Assembly (NCBI GenBank): GCA_035647995.1
Contig: DASRMJ010000218.1
Location: forward strand, 1-34,855
DNA from: Thermoleophilia bacterium
GTDB lineage: Bacteria > Actinomycetota > Thermoleophilia > RBG-16-64-13
Direction: 5' to 3'
Length of the DNA stretch: 34,855 nucleotides
The position numbers and the translations under genes are program-made. This document shows, piece after piece, positions 34,148-34,855 of the stretch (position 1 is its first letter; every line of letters begins with the position of its first letter). The notes under the pieces were generated by a model. It was not told where the DNA came from and made no database searches. It was given only the letters and a program-made list of their open reading frames with translations.

Positions 34148-34855
34148 GTGGGCGTAGCCCAAGAGATGGACAGCGCCGGGGCCTCAGCGGCCCCGGCGCT
34201 GTGCTTTCAGCAGGTCTCCTTCCGCTATCGGGCCGACCGTCCGTTGGCGATCTGTGACTTCGACCTGGAAGTCGCTCCGGGGGAGATCCTTGCCGTGGTG
34301 GGCGGCAACGGGTCGGGGAAGAGCACTCTGGCTCGGCTCTGCAACGGCCTACTGGTGCCCGAACGGGGTGCCGTACTCGTGGGAGGGGTCTCGACCGCCG
34401 ACCCTGCCCATTCTTGGACTGTGCGCTCCCGCGTGGGTCTGCTGTTCCAGAATCCGGAAGACCAGATCGTCGGCGCCAGCGTCGAGGATGATGTCGCCTT
34501 CGGCCTGGAGAACCTGGGGACGCCTCGTGCGGACATGCGCGTCCGCGTGAGCGAAGCGCTCGAGGCTGTGGGGCTGGCGGGCGAGGAGCTGACCGAGCCC
34601 CACCTCTTGTCGGGGGGGCAGAAGCAACGGTTGGCCTTGGCCGGAGTCTTGGTGCTCGAGCCGACGGTGCTTGTGCTCGACGAACCCACCTCCATGCTCG
34701 ACCCGACCGGCCGGGCGGAAGTGATGGCCGCGGTGCGGCGCCTCACGGCGCGGGGGGTGGCTGTCGTGCTCATCACCCAGCACATGGACGAGGCGGTCGT
34801 CGGTGACCGCCTGGTGGCTCTCGACGCCGGACGTGCGGGCTACCTCGGGTCGCCC
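34148..34855 (+). CDS. ecfA: Energy-coupling-factor (ECF) transporter ATPase, EcfA/CbiO-like ABC ATPase. The 3' end runs off the window.
   Basis: An open frame, hand-translated and absent from the ORF track because no stop falls in the window. It has Walker A GGNGSGKST, Q-loop LLFQNPEDQ, signature LSGGQKQR, Walker B LVLDEPTS and H-loop ITQHM. The start is either GTG 34148 or the in-frame ATG 34166. Confidence 0.85.
   Translation, partial: MGVAQEMDSAGASAAPALCFQQVSFRYRADRPLAICDFDLEVAPGEILAVVGGNGSGKSTLARLCNGLLVPERGAVLVGGVSTADPAHSWTVRSRVGLLFQNPEDQIVGASVEDDVAFGLENLGTPRADMRVRVSEALEAVGLAGEELTEPHLLSGGQKQRLALAGVLVLEPTVLVLDEPTSMLDPTGRAEVMAAVRRLTARGVAVVLITQHMDEAVVGDRLVALDAGRAGYLGSP

Overview
This is a GC-rich bacterial chromosomal window (roughly 60-65% G+C by eye). 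From about 1.6 kb to the end it is the conserved translation/transcription super-operon, all on the + strand. The order is: tRNA-Tyr/Thr/Met, rpmG, tRNA-Trp, secE-nusG, rplK-rplA, rplJ-rplL, rpoB-rpoC, rpsL-rpsG-fusA-tuf, the S10 operon (rpsJ to rpsQ), the spc operon (rplN to rplO, secY, adk, map), infA-rpmJ, the alpha operon (rpsM-rpsK-rpsD-rpoA-rplQ), and the 5' part of an ECF-transporter ATPase gene. Three things point to a high-GC Gram-positive (Actinomycetota-like) lineage: the gene order, an actinobacterial-type coiled-coil insertion in beta-prime, and RpoB/RpoC similarity to actinobacterial proteins. I cannot assign taxonomy without a database search. Only the first 1.5 kb is accessory. 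It holds a minus-strand lipoprotein gene and a PAS-GGDEF diguanylate cyclase gene, and each is interrupted by a single-nucleotide frame disruption. I found no CRISPR array, mobile element, defence island or other novel multi-gene system, so this is a core housekeeping region. The unusual features sit inside or between the housekeeping genes: (1) RpoC has a ~140-aa C-terminal extension containing a clear alpha-CTD-like helix-hairpin-helix domain (27/61 identities to this genome's own RpoA CTD by hand alignment) plus an acidic tail. (2) RpoB ends in a ~76-aa extension with a poly-Asp/Glu core. (3) EF-Tu carries a CxCx4CxxC cluster where other EF-Tu sequences have none. (4) Several intercistronic gaps are abnormally long and hairpin-rich (rpsG-fusA, rpsC-rplP, infA-rpmJ, rplK-rplA). 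(5) The promoter hexamers TTGTAG-N17-TATACT occur identically upstream of rplJ and rpsL, and the rplJ leader carries a classic attenuator. All coordinates for tRNAs, small CDSs and RNA structures were derived by hand from the sequence.
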